Positions 9,942 to 18,251 of a DNA stretch of 31,804 nt are shown here, piece by piece. The notes under the pieces were generated by a model. It ran no database searches. It was not told the origin of the DNA and saw only the letters and a program-made list of their open reading frames with translations. Both the position numbers and the translations under genes were made by a program. Numbering within the stretch: position 1 is the first letter of the stretch; every line of letters begins with the position of its first letter. The stretch comes from a virus (lineage: Duplodnaviria; Caudoviricetes): IMG/VR virus record IMGVR_UViG_3300016482_000012, positions 1-31,804 of that record, one strand, 5' to 3'.

Positions 9942-11052
9942 TTTTAATCTCCTCAAACGGGACGTTAATCAGGGCATAGTCCACGCTGGCAAAGCCAAGG
10001 TCGTCGTACACCACAGCATCCGGAACCAGCGTCTCCACTTCATCCGACATGACGCCAATAAACTTACGGTCTGGGCTACCGATATAGTTAAACTCGTACA
10101 GGTTAAATCGGTCAGATTCATCGCGTCCAACCAGAACAATATTTTCCTTGAGGCGGCGATCAGAAAACGCCGTAGCCAATCCAGCGACAGCGCCAGCGCC
10201 GCCCATGATTTGCGAGAACGGGCTTTGATAGTTTGCGGCTTGCGACGAGTAGACGCTATTGAGCCCGTTGGCATAGCTCGTCTGCGAACTAAGAACATTT
10301 CCAAGCCCTGATAGCTGCATACCCAGACCTTGCTGGATAGTATTTGTTCCGGCATTCAATCCATTCAAATAACCAGCGGCATTCTGCTGCTGGGTGCCAG
10401 CCGCGCTATTGCCTGCCGTCGTACCCGCCTGATAGAAAGTCGGCGCGCTCGAACCGAGGCCGGCATAGGTGTTGTAGACGTCGCCTAGCTTGCCGTAATA
10501 CTTATCACCCGCCTGGGTACGCGCGGCATTGGACGACGCAACCTGGCTCTGCGCACCCGCCACGGCGGCAGACGTACCCAGTGATGCCAGCTTGGCCGGT
10601 GACCAGCCATACCGTGCGCCCTGACGAATCAGCTGGTTCATCTGTTGCGTTGTGCCCTGACGGGAATCGGCAATGGCTTGCGCCGAGGCTTCGTTCATCT
10701 GGCGCTGTTTGATCGCGCTGGTGACACCCAGCGCCTCATCGCGCAACAGCTGCTGAATCGGACGGCCTTCGTTCTGGAAAGTGTTGTAGTTCTGCACGCC
10801 CTGCTGATACGACTGCTCCATCAGCTTGGTCTGTGCATCAATGATCGGCTTAGTCGTTTCGCGCGTCAGGTCATACTGGCGTTTGGCTTCGGCAATCTGT
10901 TCGCGGCCTAGCGCGTCTGAAATGGCGGCAGCTTGTGTCGATGCATTCGCCAGTGATGAATAATCCGGTGCTGCCGCACATGCGCAGTCGCAATCAAAGA
11001 TTCCGTGAAGCCCACCGAAGGGCAATAGCTTGGATTTGAGATAAGAGATCAT
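9928..11052 (-). CDS. Probable pilot/ejection protein (374 aa) with N-terminal CDCAC-APDY motif and C-terminal peptidase S74-like (intramolecular chaperone) domain
   Basis: Start re-called at ATG 11052, which overlaps the radical SAM stop (ATGA) and has an AAGGTGG RBS. The body is Ala/Gly/Gln-rich. The C-terminal FSDRRLKENI...YEFNY...FIGVMSDEV...VDY matches the S74 pattern. Confidence 0.72.
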   Translation of the reverse strand: MISYLKSKLLPFGGLHGIFDCDCACAAAPDYSSLANASTQAAAISDALGREQIAEAKRQYDLTRETTKPIIDAQTKLMEQSYQQGVQNYNTFQNEGRPIQQLLRDEALGVTSAIKQRQMNEASAQAIADSRQGTTQQMNQLIRQGARYGWSPAKLASLGTSAAVAGAQSQVASSNAARTQAGDKYYGKLGDVYNTYAGLGSSAPTFYQAGTTAGNSAAGTQQQNAAGYLNGLNAGTNTIQQGLGMQLSGLGNVLSSQTSYANGLNSVYSSQAANYQSPFSQIMGGAGAVAGLATAFSDRRLKENIVLVGRDESDRFNLYEFNYIGSPDRKFIGVMSDEVETLVPDAVVYDDLGFASVDYALINVPFEEIKNAAS

Positions 11053-12323
11053 GCTGCCACCTTCATCATAATGACTCGGCGGGACGCTCCTGGTCTCCAA
11101 CCTGAAATAGAACAAACTTTTTGCCCGGTCAAAAGGGTAATCACCCCTTCCAATATGGCGCGGTTATACCAATACGATGCTTTGCACGAGGATGTAAAGC
11201 CTTCGCCATCAAGAAACATGCAGGATCCGTAGCACAAATGCACCACCGGGCAGCGGTTACAGTCCGGCCGGACGGCAAACGATCGGCTTGTATTGAGCGT
11301 CACGCCATCCAGATTCTTGACGCTGCCAATCCGGTGACCAGACTCAGCGCCGGCGTTCTGGCAGGTCAGTACATTCCCGTGCAGATCGACGGCTAGCTGT
11401 TCGCGCCGATCCATGCCGCAAACCTGATGCGACCCGCCAAGCGGCTTGGCAATCGCCAGCGACTCCATGAACTGCATGGCGCTCCACCGTAGCCGTGGGA
11501 AAGCCAGCGCTAGCCCTGATTCAGTTTGCGCCTTGATCGTGCCGTACATGGCCTGCAGCTGGTCATCCGTCCACTGTGCGCCGCCGTAATCGGTCACGAT
11601 GTCTTCAATGTTGACCCGAACTTCAAAGCCCATCCGATCTTCAAACCAGAAGAACGTTTGCGCCAGATCAAAATTCAGCGGGGTAATGACGGTATTGAAG
11701 GTTATCCGGTTACCGAATAGCTTGAATACGTCGCGGATCATGGCAAGCCATACCGGATCGTTAAACGGGTCGTCGCCACGCAGTGCCTGCCCGGGGCCAT
11801 CGTGCGAGACGGCTACGGTAAACCCGTGCCGATATAACCATTCGGCCTTCTCCGCCGTCAGCAACGTGCCATTGGTGACCACCGACATGGCGGCATCTGG
11901 GAAACGGGCTTTGAGCGCCGGCACCAGATACGCCAGCTTCTGCCAGTACAGCATAGGCTCGCCGCCCCAGAACTCAATTTTGGCGGGATGTTCGTGCAGC
12001 CAGCTATCCAGCTGGTCAATAAAGCGTTCAGCGTCCTTGTTGCTGGTCAGCGTTGGTTTCTGGCCGCCCTGCGAACAGTAGCTGCAGGTGTAGTTGCACC
12101 CAAGACCGAGTTGAATTTTCAGGATTCGCGGCTGGTCTTTGCCGACCACCGGATTCTCCGGCGAGAATGCCGCCTGACCGTTATCGCCACGGACGCCATC
12201 GATGTACGGATACGCAAAACGATTGAGCGGCACGCGCTCGCCGGAAGCATCCAGCAGCAACGATGGATCGGTATCGTAGGTCAGGCGCCGCCCGTCTTCA
12301 AGACTGATTTCAAACTGTGCCAT
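11049..12323 (-). CDS. Radical SAM protein with SPASM domain (424 aa)
   Basis: CxxxCxxC (CNYTCSYC), FWGGEP and VTNGTLL. The C-terminal C-x13-G-x4-C ... C-x2-C-x5-C-x3-C-x11-C is the 7-Cys SPASM signature. Confidence 0.95.
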   Translation of the reverse strand: MAQFEISLEDGRRLTYDTDPSLLLDASGERVPLNRFAYPYIDGVRGDNGQAAFSPENPVVGKDQPRILKIQLGLGCNYTCSYCSQGGQKPTLTSNKDAERFIDQLDSWLHEHPAKIEFWGGEPMLYWQKLAYLVPALKARFPDAAMSVVTNGTLLTAEKAEWLYRHGFTVAVSHDGPGQALRGDDPFNDPVWLAMIRDVFKLFGNRITFNTVITPLNFDLAQTFFWFEDRMGFEVRVNIEDIVTDYGGAQWTDDQLQAMYGTIKAQTESGLALAFPRLRWSAMQFMESLAIAKPLGGSHQVCGMDRREQLAVDLHGNVLTCQNAGAESGHRIGSVKNLDGVTLNTSRSFAVRPDCNRCPVVHLCYGSCMFLDGEGFTSSCKASYWYNRAILEGVITLLTGQKVCSISGWRPGASRRVIMMKVAA

Positions 12324-12332
12324 AGTGCCCGC

Positions 12333-12740
12333 CTACGCCTTTAGCCACTTGCATTGATGCTTCCAAATCACCAGATAGACCGAATCGCTGCCGTCGTGCG
12401 CTGCCTTTGACAAGCGGCCCTCTTCCCGAAAGCCCAGCGCATCATCAAAATTCAGCGCCTCGTCATTCGAGGCCGCGACAATGGTGGTCATGCGGGGCGC
12501 GCCCATCGTCACAAAGGGGTGGATCATCAGTGCCCTGATAAATCCGGGGGTTGCCCACCGCTTTGTGCCATCGCTACACCCGTGGAAAAAGACATTGTGG
12601 CCATTGAAGCGCTCGTAGATTGCGCCGGCAATGATCAGCCCGTTTTCTTCCAGCCCCACCGCCGTACACGGCACGCGAATCCTGCCAATCTGAGATTCGA
12701 CAAACTCGGTCACCCTGGAATCGTGAACAATCCGCTTCAT
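12333..12740 (-). CDS. GNAT-family N-acetyltransferase (phage tail-region type)
   Basis: 135 aa with the RimJ/L-like C-terminal pattern ASNDEALNFDDALGFREEGRL. It follows the tail genes, as is common in podoviruses. Confidence 0.8.
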   Translation of the reverse strand: MKRIVHDSRVTEFVESQIGRIRVPCTAVGLEENGLIIAGAIYERFNGHNVFFHGCSDGTKRWATPGFIRALMIHPFVTMGAPRMTTIVAASNDEALNFDDALGFREEGRLSKAAHDGSDSVYLVIWKHQCKWLKA

Positions 12741-12750
12741 ATCGGCAGAC

Positions 12751-12766
12751 TGCCATGCTTGCCACG
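12751..12766 (-). promoter_or_regulatory. 16-bp motif, copy 2 (upstream of GNAT-radical SAM block)
   Basis: Exact copy, intergenic, 10 nt before the ATG at 12740. Confidence 0.75.
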
Positions 12767-12771
12767 GCGAC

Positions 12772-12963
12772 TTATTGCAGTACGCCGATGATTTGATTGA
12801 TTTTTTTGATCACGTCAGCCAGCGTTGCGTCATCCGGTAGCCTATCCAAACGGGTGGCGATACCGCGCTGACCGGTAATCTGTTCCAGTATCTCTTTGAT
12901 GGCGGCATCAAACTGCCCGCGCTGCGGGTCAATTGGTGCCTGCGGAATGGCGCGCTTGGTCAT
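12772..12963 (-). CDS. Small hypothetical virion-associated protein (63 aa)
   Basis: ATGA overlap with the upstream tail gene and a natural-looking sequence ending ATLADVIKKINQII. Confidence 0.7.
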   Translation of the reverse strand: MTKRAIPQAPIDPQRGQFDAAIKEILEQITGQRGIATRLDRLPDDATLADVIKKINQIIGVLQ

Positions 12964-14741
12964 ATCTCGGCCAGCCCACGCTTGGTTTCGGCAATCTTGA
13001 CCGACTTGACGCGCACATTGCCCACCAGACGGATCGACAGGATGTCACTCTTGTAGCCGGACGGCAGGCTGAATGCCTCGTTGCTGAATACGCTCTTGGT
13101 GAAGATTTCCCCGTTGCGGCCGTAGACGGTAACCGATAGGCTTTCGCGCTCGACGCCACGCGGGCGCACCAGATGCGAGCCATTGATGGTCATGCCATTG
13201 AATCGCTCGTTATTGAATGCGCCGACCTGTACAGCGCCATTGATAACCGACTGATTGAAGGCGATGTCCGCCAGATAGTTAGCCTCTTCCTGAGCGACAT
13301 CGGCCTGCGACATGAGCGAGGCAAACTCCACCTTGGCGGCGCCAAAGTTCATCGGCGTCGGAAACTCAAATTCCTTGGACAGCCAGTTAAATACCATGCG
13401 CATGCCGTACCCGGCGTCCCACCGATCGACAGAGTAGCCGACCAGATAGAGTAAGCCCGTTGTCGGGTCTACATACAGCCCCGTCGGCGACAGGTTATAG
13501 CGCACCAGTGACGCGGTTTCGCCGGGGTTGATAACCATCAGTTGCGTGGTATTGCCGGGCTTGGTATAGGCCACAAACACCATGCCCTCGGCATAGGCGC
13601 ACACCATCTGTGACGGATCCAGCGGCCACCACTCTTCCTTGGTGTACAGGTTCTTGGTGAACAAGTCTTGGCCGGTTGAGCCGATATAGGCCAGCCCGTT
13701 CGTCGTGGCGTAGATCACGCCATCGCCTACCGACGTCATGCTGCGTTTCGACAGGCACGGCCATGCCTTGTCGATACTGTTATCCATGGTCACGACAGAC
13801 GGATCAGAACCAACGGCGACGACCGGCTTGGCCGACGTGCCCACCACAACGGTGGTGCCGAAGTTATCCACGGCAACAATCGGGAAATCAGTACCGTAGC
13901 GGTAAGCCGACGGCCATGCATGCGGCTGATACGGTTCGCTATAGCACAGCAGATTGCCCGAGAATCCGACCAGCGACCCATTGGGCAGCGCCATGATGCC
14001 TTTAAGATCGGCCGGCGGTGGCAACCAGTCGGCGCTAATCAGTTCGTCGCCAAGAATGGCGGCATCGCTCAGGTTGTCAGACCAGCTACCCGTAGATACC
14101 GGGCGCTCGGCAACCAGCTGCATGGAAGCAGATGTGCCCGTGGTCCGGTACAGGCGATGATGCAGCCCCGTCTTGCGCCACGGCGCGTCGCGGGTATCCG
14201 TCGGCAGGTCATTCAGATTGGTAATCAGCCACGCGCCATCGACCGCGCCTGATACGATGTCCGATACGGCAGATGGTGCCGATTCTTCGCCGGTATCCGG
14301 ATGATAGTAAGTGACGCAGTAAATCCGGTTGATCACGCTACCGGCACCGCCGGATACGGTCACGGTAGGTTTGTTGGTGGGCGCAGGCAAACCGATGGCG
14401 TAGGCGCTGGCGCCGAATTCGTCAAAGGTTGCGTAGCGCGGGCACCCTTCCCCCGTCCAGTAATAGCGGGGCGATACGTCAGCGCTGAATGGCGCCTTGG
14501 CCACGTCAATGTCGTCGTCCCAGGCGAACCACTTCTCTTTGCCGTTGTAGACAGCGCGATAGGCAGACTTCTTCGGGTTGCCGCCGGCGGGTGCGTACAC
14601 CATCAGCGGTGGCCGAATCGGGCGAATCTCGCCGGACGTCAGGTTGATATTCTCTGCCTGTTGTGCGGCAAGGTCAGGCAGCAGGCGCTCCGCCGTACGC
14701 GGCACCTCCGCCTGAAATCCAACGAGTTTTAATCCGGCCAT
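12960..14741 (-). CDS. Tail protein, probable nozzle/tail tubular (beta-propeller-type), 593 aa
   Basis: Size, beta-rich composition, YSEPYQPHAWP motif and position before the GNAT/ejection genes. The family call is inferred. Confidence 0.65.
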   Translation of the reverse strand: MAGLKLVGFQAEVPRTAERLLPDLAAQQAENINLTSGEIRPIRPPLMVYAPAGGNPKKSAYRAVYNGKEKWFAWDDDIDVAKAPFSADVSPRYYWTGEGCPRYATFDEFGASAYAIGLPAPTNKPTVTVSGGAGSVINRIYCVTYYHPDTGEESAPSAVSDIVSGAVDGAWLITNLNDLPTDTRDAPWRKTGLHHRLYRTTGTSASMQLVAERPVSTGSWSDNLSDAAILGDELISADWLPPPADLKGIMALPNGSLVGFSGNLLCYSEPYQPHAWPSAYRYGTDFPIVAVDNFGTTVVVGTSAKPVVAVGSDPSVVTMDNSIDKAWPCLSKRSMTSVGDGVIYATTNGLAYIGSTGQDLFTKNLYTKEEWWPLDPSQMVCAYAEGMVFVAYTKPGNTTQLMVINPGETASLVRYNLSPTGLYVDPTTGLLYLVGYSVDRWDAGYGMRMVFNWLSKEFEFPTPMNFGAAKVEFASLMSQADVAQEEANYLADIAFNQSVINGAVQVGAFNNERFNGMTINGSHLVRPRGVERESLSVTVYGRNGEIFTKSVFSNEAFSLPSGYKSDILSIRLVGNVRVKSVKIAETKRGLAEI

Positions 14742-14759
14742 AGCAAACCCCGACTCTGG

Positions 14760-14999
14760 TTACGCGAAATCTGCCTTGCTAAACCCGAAACGCTCGATCG
14801 TGGTAAGGTCTTCAACGTCCGTCCAGATCGGTTCCAGCTTGGGGCCCGTGTACTCGGGTTTGTTGTAATCCGCCGGATACGACTGCATATCCTGCTTGCG
14901 GGTCATGCTGCCCTTCAAATAGGCCATGAACTGATCGTGGCGCGGCGTACCCATGGTGGCATCCAGATCGGCACGGGTGTTAATGATATGCAATTCCAT
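14760..14999 (-). CDS. Hypothetical protein downstream of the DGR reverse transcriptase (79 aa)
   Basis: Overlaps the RT 3' end by 20 nt and fills the gap to the tail gene. Confidence 0.7.
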   Translation of the reverse strand: MELHIINTRADLDATMGTPRHDQFMAYLKGSMTRKQDMQSYPADYNKPEYTGPKLEPIWTDVEDLTTIERFGFSKADFA

Positions 15000-15966
15000 A
15001 GCGGTTCTCCATCCAGTTAAAAAGATTGCAGGTATCAGCCCATTGAGCGTGCCCGCTCCACGAACCCATAAACTTGGTCAGGTTGTCATACTCGCCACGA
15101 GAGACGAACCGCTTGACCTTGCGCTTGGCGCGAATCACGGAATCCTTGCGCAGCAGCTTGTAGTCTTTCCAGATGCGGTAGCCCAGAAAGTTGACGCCGT
15201 GGCTGACCGGGTGCGCGTGCCAATGGCTGATACGCATCCCCAGGCGATCCATCGAAAACTCCTGAATCCTGCAGAACTGATCGCGTAGCCGGTGGATGTC
15301 GTTATCGAGAATCACGATGTCATCCATATAGCGCGCCCAGTACGGGCACTTCAAATCGAAGTGGATAAACCGATCGGCAATGCCGCCCACCAAGTTGGCC
15401 GTTAGCTGACTGGTCAGACTGCCGATGGGAATGCCGCACCCACCATCCGGCGGAATGATTTCCGCAATGATGTCCATCGTCCGATAACAGCCGATCTTGT
15501 TGCCGTACATCGATACCGCCAGATTGCGGTTGATGCTCGGAAAGAACTTGCTGTAATCGGTCTTGAGAAAGTGCGTAACCTCGGGACGCCGCAGCCTGGA
15601 CTGCACAAAGCGCACGCCGGCATGTGTGCCAAATCCCGTGCGACAGGCAAAGGTATAGGGCAGCAGCGATGACTCCATAATGGGGCCGACGATGTTGCAC
15701 AGGGCGTGCTGCACCAGCCTGTCTTTGAAGTCGAGGGCGGAAATCAACCTGACCTTTGGTTCGCGCACCGTGAAATGGCGGTACTCGCCAATCGTGTATC
15801 CGCCATCCAGCAGTTCTTCCCGGATTAACGACAGGTTGACCGCCGAATACTCCTTGAATTCCAGACAGCCATACGTGCCACGCTTGCCCTTGGATGTCTT
15901 GCGATACGCAATCTCCATGTTTTCCGGGCTGGCAATCTGATCGATCAGTCGTTTTTTTCGCTTCAT
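14980..15966 (-). CDS. brt: DGR reverse transcriptase (328 aa)
   Basis: YMDD catalytic motif, KTDYSKFFPSI, DGR-type GIPIGSLTSQ (SQ rather than SP) and GVNFLGY. It lies 152 nt downstream of TR. Confidence 0.96.
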   Translation of the reverse strand: MKRKKRLIDQIASPENMEIAYRKTSKGKRGTYGCLEFKEYSAVNLSLIREELLDGGYTIGEYRHFTVREPKVRLISALDFKDRLVQHALCNIVGPIMESSLLPYTFACRTGFGTHAGVRFVQSRLRRPEVTHFLKTDYSKFFPSINRNLAVSMYGNKIGCYRTMDIIAEIIPPDGGCGIPIGSLTSQLTANLVGGIADRFIHFDLKCPYWARYMDDIVILDNDIHRLRDQFCRIQEFSMDRLGMRISHWHAHPVSHGVNFLGYRIWKDYKLLRKDSVIRAKRKVKRFVSRGEYDNLTKFMGSWSGHAQWADTCNLFNWMENRYGIAYH

Positions 15967-16118
15967 GGGGAGTTGTCGGGCTCGCCGTTCGATACGTCCT
16001 ACCAGGCGCTATCCCAAACCAAGTAGCGTGTTTCCCGAAGGGGGACAGGTCCGGCTGACCACAGGGATGTGAATCTGCCTGCTGCGCCGTAGCCACAGCA
16101 GAGCGGTGTTTCGTTGTC

Positions 16119-16235
16119 GTCACAGACGAAGCGCGAACCGATGTTGTTGTTCGAGTTCGAGGCAGCGTTGTTCCAGTTCGAGCAGCGCGAGCCGCAATTC
16201 GACCCGTTGTCCCAGTTGCCGCCGAAGATGACCGC
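16119..16235 (-). repeat. DGR template repeat (TR), 117 bp
   Basis: Aligns without gaps to 16663-16779 with 8 mismatches, all A on the TR coding strand. It has 24 adenines, 20 of them in ten AAC/AAT codons. Confidence 0.97.
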
Positions 16236-16236
16236 T

Positions 16237-16614
16237 TCATTTCCCAGCCTGCCCTATGCCTTTATGTCGCTTGATCCAGGCGTTGAGCATGGCGCCGACT
16301 TCGGCCACGAGTGCCTGAGACGTCTCCAATTGTTTCTTGCTCAACATCCGGTGCTTGAACATAAAGCGCAACCATCGACGCAAGACCGCCAGCCCGCGAT
16401 CTGCGTCATAAATTTTGCTGATCTGATTCGATTTACCCGCGATGTAAAACAACTCGGCCTGATCTAGCAGCGTATCCAGCGCCTTATTCTTTGCTCGGCC
16501 ATGTTTGCTCGGGATGCTTTGCATGATCGGATACAGATAGTCTTCCACCCGCTCGAATTTCTCGACGATGGCCATCTGATCAAAACACATGGAAGCATCA
16601 CGAATTGGCTGCAT
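16237..16614 (-). CDS. avd: DGR accessory variability determinant (Avd, four-helix bundle), 125 aa
   Basis: Basic helical protein between VR and TR, with an Avd-like pattern KSNQISKIYDADRGLAVLRRWLRF...EVGAMLNAW. Confidence 0.92.
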   Translation of the reverse strand: MQPIRDASMCFDQMAIVEKFERVEDYLYPIMQSIPSKHGRAKNKALDTLLDQAELFYIAGKSNQISKIYDADRGLAVLRRWLRFMFKHRMLSKKQLETSQALVAEVGAMLNAWIKRHKGIGQAGK

Positions 16615-16623
16615 GGCTGTTCA

Positions 16624-16643
16624 ACAAGGGCTTTCGCCCTTGT
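16624..16643 (-). promoter_or_regulatory. DGR target-recognition hairpin/cruciform downstream of VR
   Basis: Minus strand ACAAGGGC-GAAA-GCCCTTGT is a perfect 8-bp stem with a GAAA loop, 1 nt after the mtd stop codon. Confidence 0.88.
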
Positions 16644-16644
16644 C

Positions 16645-17763
16645 TTACGAAAGAATCAGGTGGTCACAGACGAAGCGCGAACCGAAGCTGGCGTTCGAGT
16701 TCGAGGCAGCGTCGTTCCAGTACGAGCAGCGCGAGCCGCAATTCGACCCGTCGCCCCAGTTGCCGCCGAAGATGACCGCGTGCGGCGCGTTGTGCTCCGA
16801 GCCAAAGCCTTCGGTATTCGCGTTCCAGCCACCCGTGTTGTAGGCGCCGCCACGGTCATCGCCCCATTGCCACATGACGCCGGAAACCTGATGGCAACCC
16901 CACTTCGAGATAAAGATGGCGATCAGGCTGGTTACGCCCGGGTCGCTGCCATTCTGCGTAGCTTCCGTGGTGCCATAGGCCAGCGCCATAAACTCGCGCT
17001 GCGTCGGCAGGCGCTTGCCAAAGGCCGCTGCCAGCTGACAGGCTTCAAACCAGGTGTAGCTGCCGTAGGTTGCCGAACCATTGCCGCCGAACATTGCCGG
17101 AATCTTCGGCGGGCTTGAACCGTCGGCAATCGTCACGTTGTAACGCGACGAGCCATTGGTGATGGCATCCACACCGGTCAGGTAAATATCCGACCAGAAG
17201 GCATCGGCCACCAGCGTCATGCCGCGCGGATCCACGCAGGATGGGCGGAACTTCATATCCCAGAACGAATACTCGTTGATCTGGGATGTCGTATTGCCAC
17301 CCGATTGGCCGGTAGCGTTACCGCCCGGGGCATAGTGGAAACCGCCGATCTTCGTGCTGTTGGCGGTTGTCCAACCGCTCGGATACGAGAAGTTGCTGTC
17401 GGCGCGGAAATTGCCGTCGTCGCAGACATACACGGCGTAATCCGTACCAGCCGTCAGCGCCGGCATGATGATTGATGCGGCCGACAGGACTTGCACCAGC
17501 TTGCCGTTCACTTCAAAGATATTGTTGGCCTTGACGGTAGCCGAACCCACGCCCGTCTTGCTGAAAGCAACGGTAAACGGGTCAGCCTTGAACATCGTGC
17601 CCTTGACGAACTCGTGGCGGGCCAGCGGAAAACCGCCGGCCGTCACGCCGTCATGGACGACAACGGTTTTTTTGGTCGTATCAATCGTGGTTTCACCGAT
17701 CAGACCGATAAAAGTGGCGTGTTCAGCCGTGGTGCCACGGCGGCGTTGGCGTGCAGTAGACAT
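16645..17763 (-). CDS. mtd: Major tropism determinant-like receptor-binding protein (DGR target, C-type-lectin/FGE-like fold), 372 aa
   Basis: N-terminal RRRGTTAEHATF.G..GE.TIDTTKKTVVVHDG.TAGGFPLA (Mtd_N-like), GKRLPT..EF, GVMWQW, and a C-terminal VR ending GSRFVCDHLILS. Confidence 0.95.
   Translation of the reverse strand: MSTARQRRRGTTAEHATFIGLIGETTIDTTKKTVVVHDGVTAGGFPLARHEFVKGTMFKADPFTVAFSKTGVGSATVKANNIFEVNGKLVQVLSAASIIMPALTAGTDYAVYVCDDGNFRADSNFSYPSGWTTANSTKIGGFHYAPGGNATGQSGGNTTSQINEYSFWDMKFRPSCVDPRGMTLVADAFWSDIYLTGVDAITNGSSRYNVTIADGSSPPKIPAMFGGNGSATYGSYTWFEACQLAAAFGKRLPTQREFMALAYGTTEATQNGSDPGVTSLIAIFISKWGCHQVSGVMWQWGDDRGGAYNTGGWNANTEGFGSEHNAPHAVIFGGNWGDGSNCGSRCSYWNDAASNSNASFGSRFVCDHLILS
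16663..16779 (-). repeat. DGR variable repeat (VR) at the 3' end of mtd, running into the IMH
   Basis: Encodes AVIFGGNWGDGSNCGSRCSYWNDAASNSNASFGSRFVCD, versus TR AVIFGGNWDNGSNCGSRCSNWNNAASNSNNNIGSRFVCD. It continues as TCTGTGACCACCTGATTCTT, whereas TR diverges after TCTGTGAC. Confidence 0.97.
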
Positions 17764-18251
17764 TAGAGTGCTCCATCATCAAGGGTTGAACTGGCTGCAG
17801 ACGTAATCAATCCGTCATCGGCAATTGACGCGCCAACCTGAGTGGCCAGCGCGTTAATGTCGGCAAGGCTTTGTGCGGCCGCGGTCGCCGAAGCGGCAGC
17901 AGCAGTCTCGGAAACGCCGGCGTCATAGGCACGGGCAAACGCATCGGTCACCACACCAGCAGTCAGGCGCAGCGCAACGCTGTCACCGGCCTGCCATGCG
18001 CGTGCAACCGTGCCTTCCTGAGCGCGTGCAATCGTGATGCTGGACGAACCGTTGTCATGGCGCGTTACCTTGACGATTTCGACATTCAGTGCCGCGTCTT
18101 CCAGCGTCAGATAGGTGTAATCCGTCCCGCTGCCGCCCTGATTGATAATCGGGAATTTGGCGGTATCGGCAGTCTGGATCGTCAGCGTCGTGCCGCTATC
18201 CGTAATGCCAGCCGCCAGTGTTGACGCGCAATCATTCGCTGCCTTGTACAT
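17763..18251 (-). CDS. Probable tail fibre anchor/adapter protein (162 aa)
   Basis: N-terminal STLAAGITDSGTTLTI...FP and EIVKVT...TIARAQEGTVARAW.AGD.V.LRLTAG are typical of fibre N-terminal modules. Its stop overlaps the mtd start. Confidence 0.65.
   Translation of the reverse strand: MYKAANDCASTLAAGITDSGTTLTIQTADTAKFPIINQGGSGTDYTYLTLEDAALNVEIVKVTRHDNGSSSITIARAQEGTVARAWQAGDSVALRLTAGVVTDAFARAYDAGVSETAAAASATAAAQSLADINALATQVGASIADDGLITSAASSTLDDGAL

Larger units (their letters stand above)
14980..17763 (-). mobile_element. Diversity-generating retroelement cassette (mtd-VR-hairpin-avd-TR-spacer-brt)
   Basis: All components are present, in BPP-1 order, and the ORFs are intact. Confidence 0.96.

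Noticed and set aside
9700-10400. Apparently more AT-rich stretch suggesting a recent module swap
   Set aside because: This is a visual impression only. A sliding-window GC and codon-usage calculation is needed before claiming it.
11053-11115. Longer N-terminus (MFYFRLE...) for the pilot-like protein given in the ORF track
   Set aside because: It overlaps the radical SAM 3' end. The ATGA-coupled start at 11052 has an RBS and is more plausible.
15320-16240. 306-aa minus-strand ORF spanning TR and the RT 5' half, and its similar counterpart at 16656-16859
   Set aside because: These are off-frame readings of TR/VR and brt. Their similarity merely reflects the TR-VR repeat.
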